Virus record (IMG/VR): IMGVR_UViG_3300037484_000944
Location: 1-24,621 of that record
Origin: a virus
Taxonomy: Duplodnaviria > Caudoviricetes
Strand: one strand, 5' to 3'
Length of the DNA: 24,621 bases
Shown here: piece after piece, positions 24,185 through 24,621 of the stretch
How the letters are laid out: the number at the start of each line of letters is the position of its first letter
Numbering within the stretch: the first letter of the stretch is position 1
Notes under the pieces: generated by a model
What the model saw: only the letters and a program-made list of their open reading frames with translations
What the model was told of the DNA's origin: nothing
Database searches by the model: none
Translations under genes and position numbers: made by a program

Positions 24185-24621
24185 GTGATCAACCAACAAG
24201 TTCTCCAGGTGATCCAACAATCTACCACAGCCCCCGTCGCACCCCGCCCGCGGCCTCGCCCGCAGGGCATCCCATACAGCCACGAGCTCGCCTGGTTCAT
24301 CGGCGAGGCCCCGGCGGCCCTCGGGGCGAAGGGGACGCTCGGCAGCACCATCGCGTCGCTCGAACGCGGCGGCGGCCAGTCGTACCCGGAGCCGCGCCTC
24401 CCTGGAGGACCCGGGTACCGGGAGGGCGACGGAGCCAGGTACCGGCTGCTCGAGGCCCGTTGGCGGCAGATCGACCCAACAACGCGTTGTTGCCTGATGG
24501 CCCACTACAGCCCACCGCCGCGGGAGCCACGGGTCAAGTCACCGGGCCACGCAGGGGGCCAGCCCGTGGGGGCGGCCCTCGAGGTGCACGTCGGGCACGT
24601 CGCTGGAGCGGTGGCCCTGGT
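24185..24621 (+). CDS. Hypothetical protein, truncated by the window end
   Basis: GTG-initiated frame (MINQQVLQV...HELAWFIGE...) open to the window end; absent from the ORF track. Confidence 0.6.
   Translation, partial: MINQQVLQVIQQSTTAPVAPRPRPRPQGIPYSHELAWFIGEAPAALGAKGTLGSTIASLERGGGQSYPEPRLPGGPGYREGDGARYRLLEARWRQIDPTTRCCLMAHYSPPPREPRVKSPGHAGGQPVGAALEVHVGHVAGAVAL

Larger units (their letters stand above)
1..24621. mobile_element. Temperate phage/prophage early, recombination and replication region (ends not in window)
   Basis: Divergent HTH pair, int/xis, recombination module, DnaB plus initiator, RuvC, MTase, and dense small ORFs with ATGA/GTGA overlaps. Confidence 0.93.

Noticed and set aside
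1-24621. Frequent CTCGAG sites
   Set aside because: Plausibly explained by Leu-Glu codon pairs in GC-rich genes; not counted, so no claim of enrichment is made

Overview
GC-rich temperate phage/prophage segment covering the early and replication regions. A divergent repressor/Cro-like switch sits at ~10.0-10.8 kb. Leftward are a recombination module (PD-(D/E)XK nuclease fused in frame to an AAA ATPase, plus an SSB-like gene) and a run of small accessory genes separated by repeated, structured leader elements. Rightward is a translationally coupled operon: xis/int, NDT-like, DNA methyltransferase, RuvC, MazG-like, replication initiator, DnaB. The standout is at 22.75-24.15 kb. An IS110/Nop-domain-like gene lacking both the DEDD nuclease domain and the catalytic-serine loop is flanked on both sides by dual-repeat arrays with a 37-nt period (alternating CAACGAAGCGA and CAACGAGCGA, separated by unique 8-9-nt spacers). 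This is the architecture of a TIGR-Tas (TasA-like) RNA-guided system. All calls come from reading motifs by eye; no searches were run.
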